NCBI RefSeq assembly: GCF_001194135.2
Contig: NC_068986.1
Location: 41,442,965-41,506,964 of the forward strand
Direction of reading: 5' to 3'
Origin: Octopus bimaculoides
Taxonomy: Eukaryota
DNA length: 64,000 nt
Shown here one piece after another: positions 63,763 to 64,000 of this stretch. The notes below the pieces were generated by a model. The model did no database searches. It had not been told where the DNA came from and was given only the letters and a program-made list of their open reading frames with translations. The translations under genes were made by a program, and so were the position numbers. The stretch's first letter is position 1. Each line of letters opens with the position of its first letter.

Positions 63763-64000
63763 ATCATCATCATCATCATCATCGTTTAACGTCCGCTTTC
63801 CATGCTAGCATGGGTTGGACGATTTGACTGAGGACTGGTGAAACCGGATGGCAACACCAGGCTCCAGTCTGATTTGGCAGAGTTTCTACAGCTGGATGCC
63901 CTTCCTAACGCCAACCACTCAGAGAGTGTAGTGGGTGCTTTTACGTGTCACCCGCACGAAAACGGCCACGCTCGAAATGGTGTCTTTTATGTGCCACCCG
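63763..64000 (-). mobile_element. Young RTE-type 3' element, third copy (cut by window end)
   Basis: Reverse complement nearly identical to 14790-15030. Confidence 0.9.

Overview
AT-rich, microsatellite- and transposon-dense eukaryotic DNA. SINE, RTE and microsatellite content suggests an octopus/cephalopod genome (inference). Six assembly gaps are present. Host genes: (1) three 3' coding exons of a DAZAP2 orthologue on the minus strand (57970-57885, 56142-56047, 53233-53105), with canonical splice sites and matching phases; the 5' exons were not found. (2) A single-coding-exon 165-aa signal peptide/Ig/TM protein (20758-21255, +). (3) A possible minus-strand exon of an unknown protein (13091-12767). 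The rest is mobile DNA: two decayed hAT transposons, Tc1/mariner/maT/pogo elements, RTE, CR1, R4-like, Tx1-like and Penelope-like retroelement remnants, and several tRNA-derived SINE families. Most unusual: an internally deleted Helitron bracketed by a 156-bp inverted duplication of its own 3' (CTAG) terminus (25024-28580), and a MITE family with 8-bp TSDs, GG-initiated TIRs and internal (TTAGGG)n tracts (three copies). Most ORF-track entries are microsatellite, gap or repeat artefacts. All alignments were done by eye; SINE/LINE boundaries are approximate.
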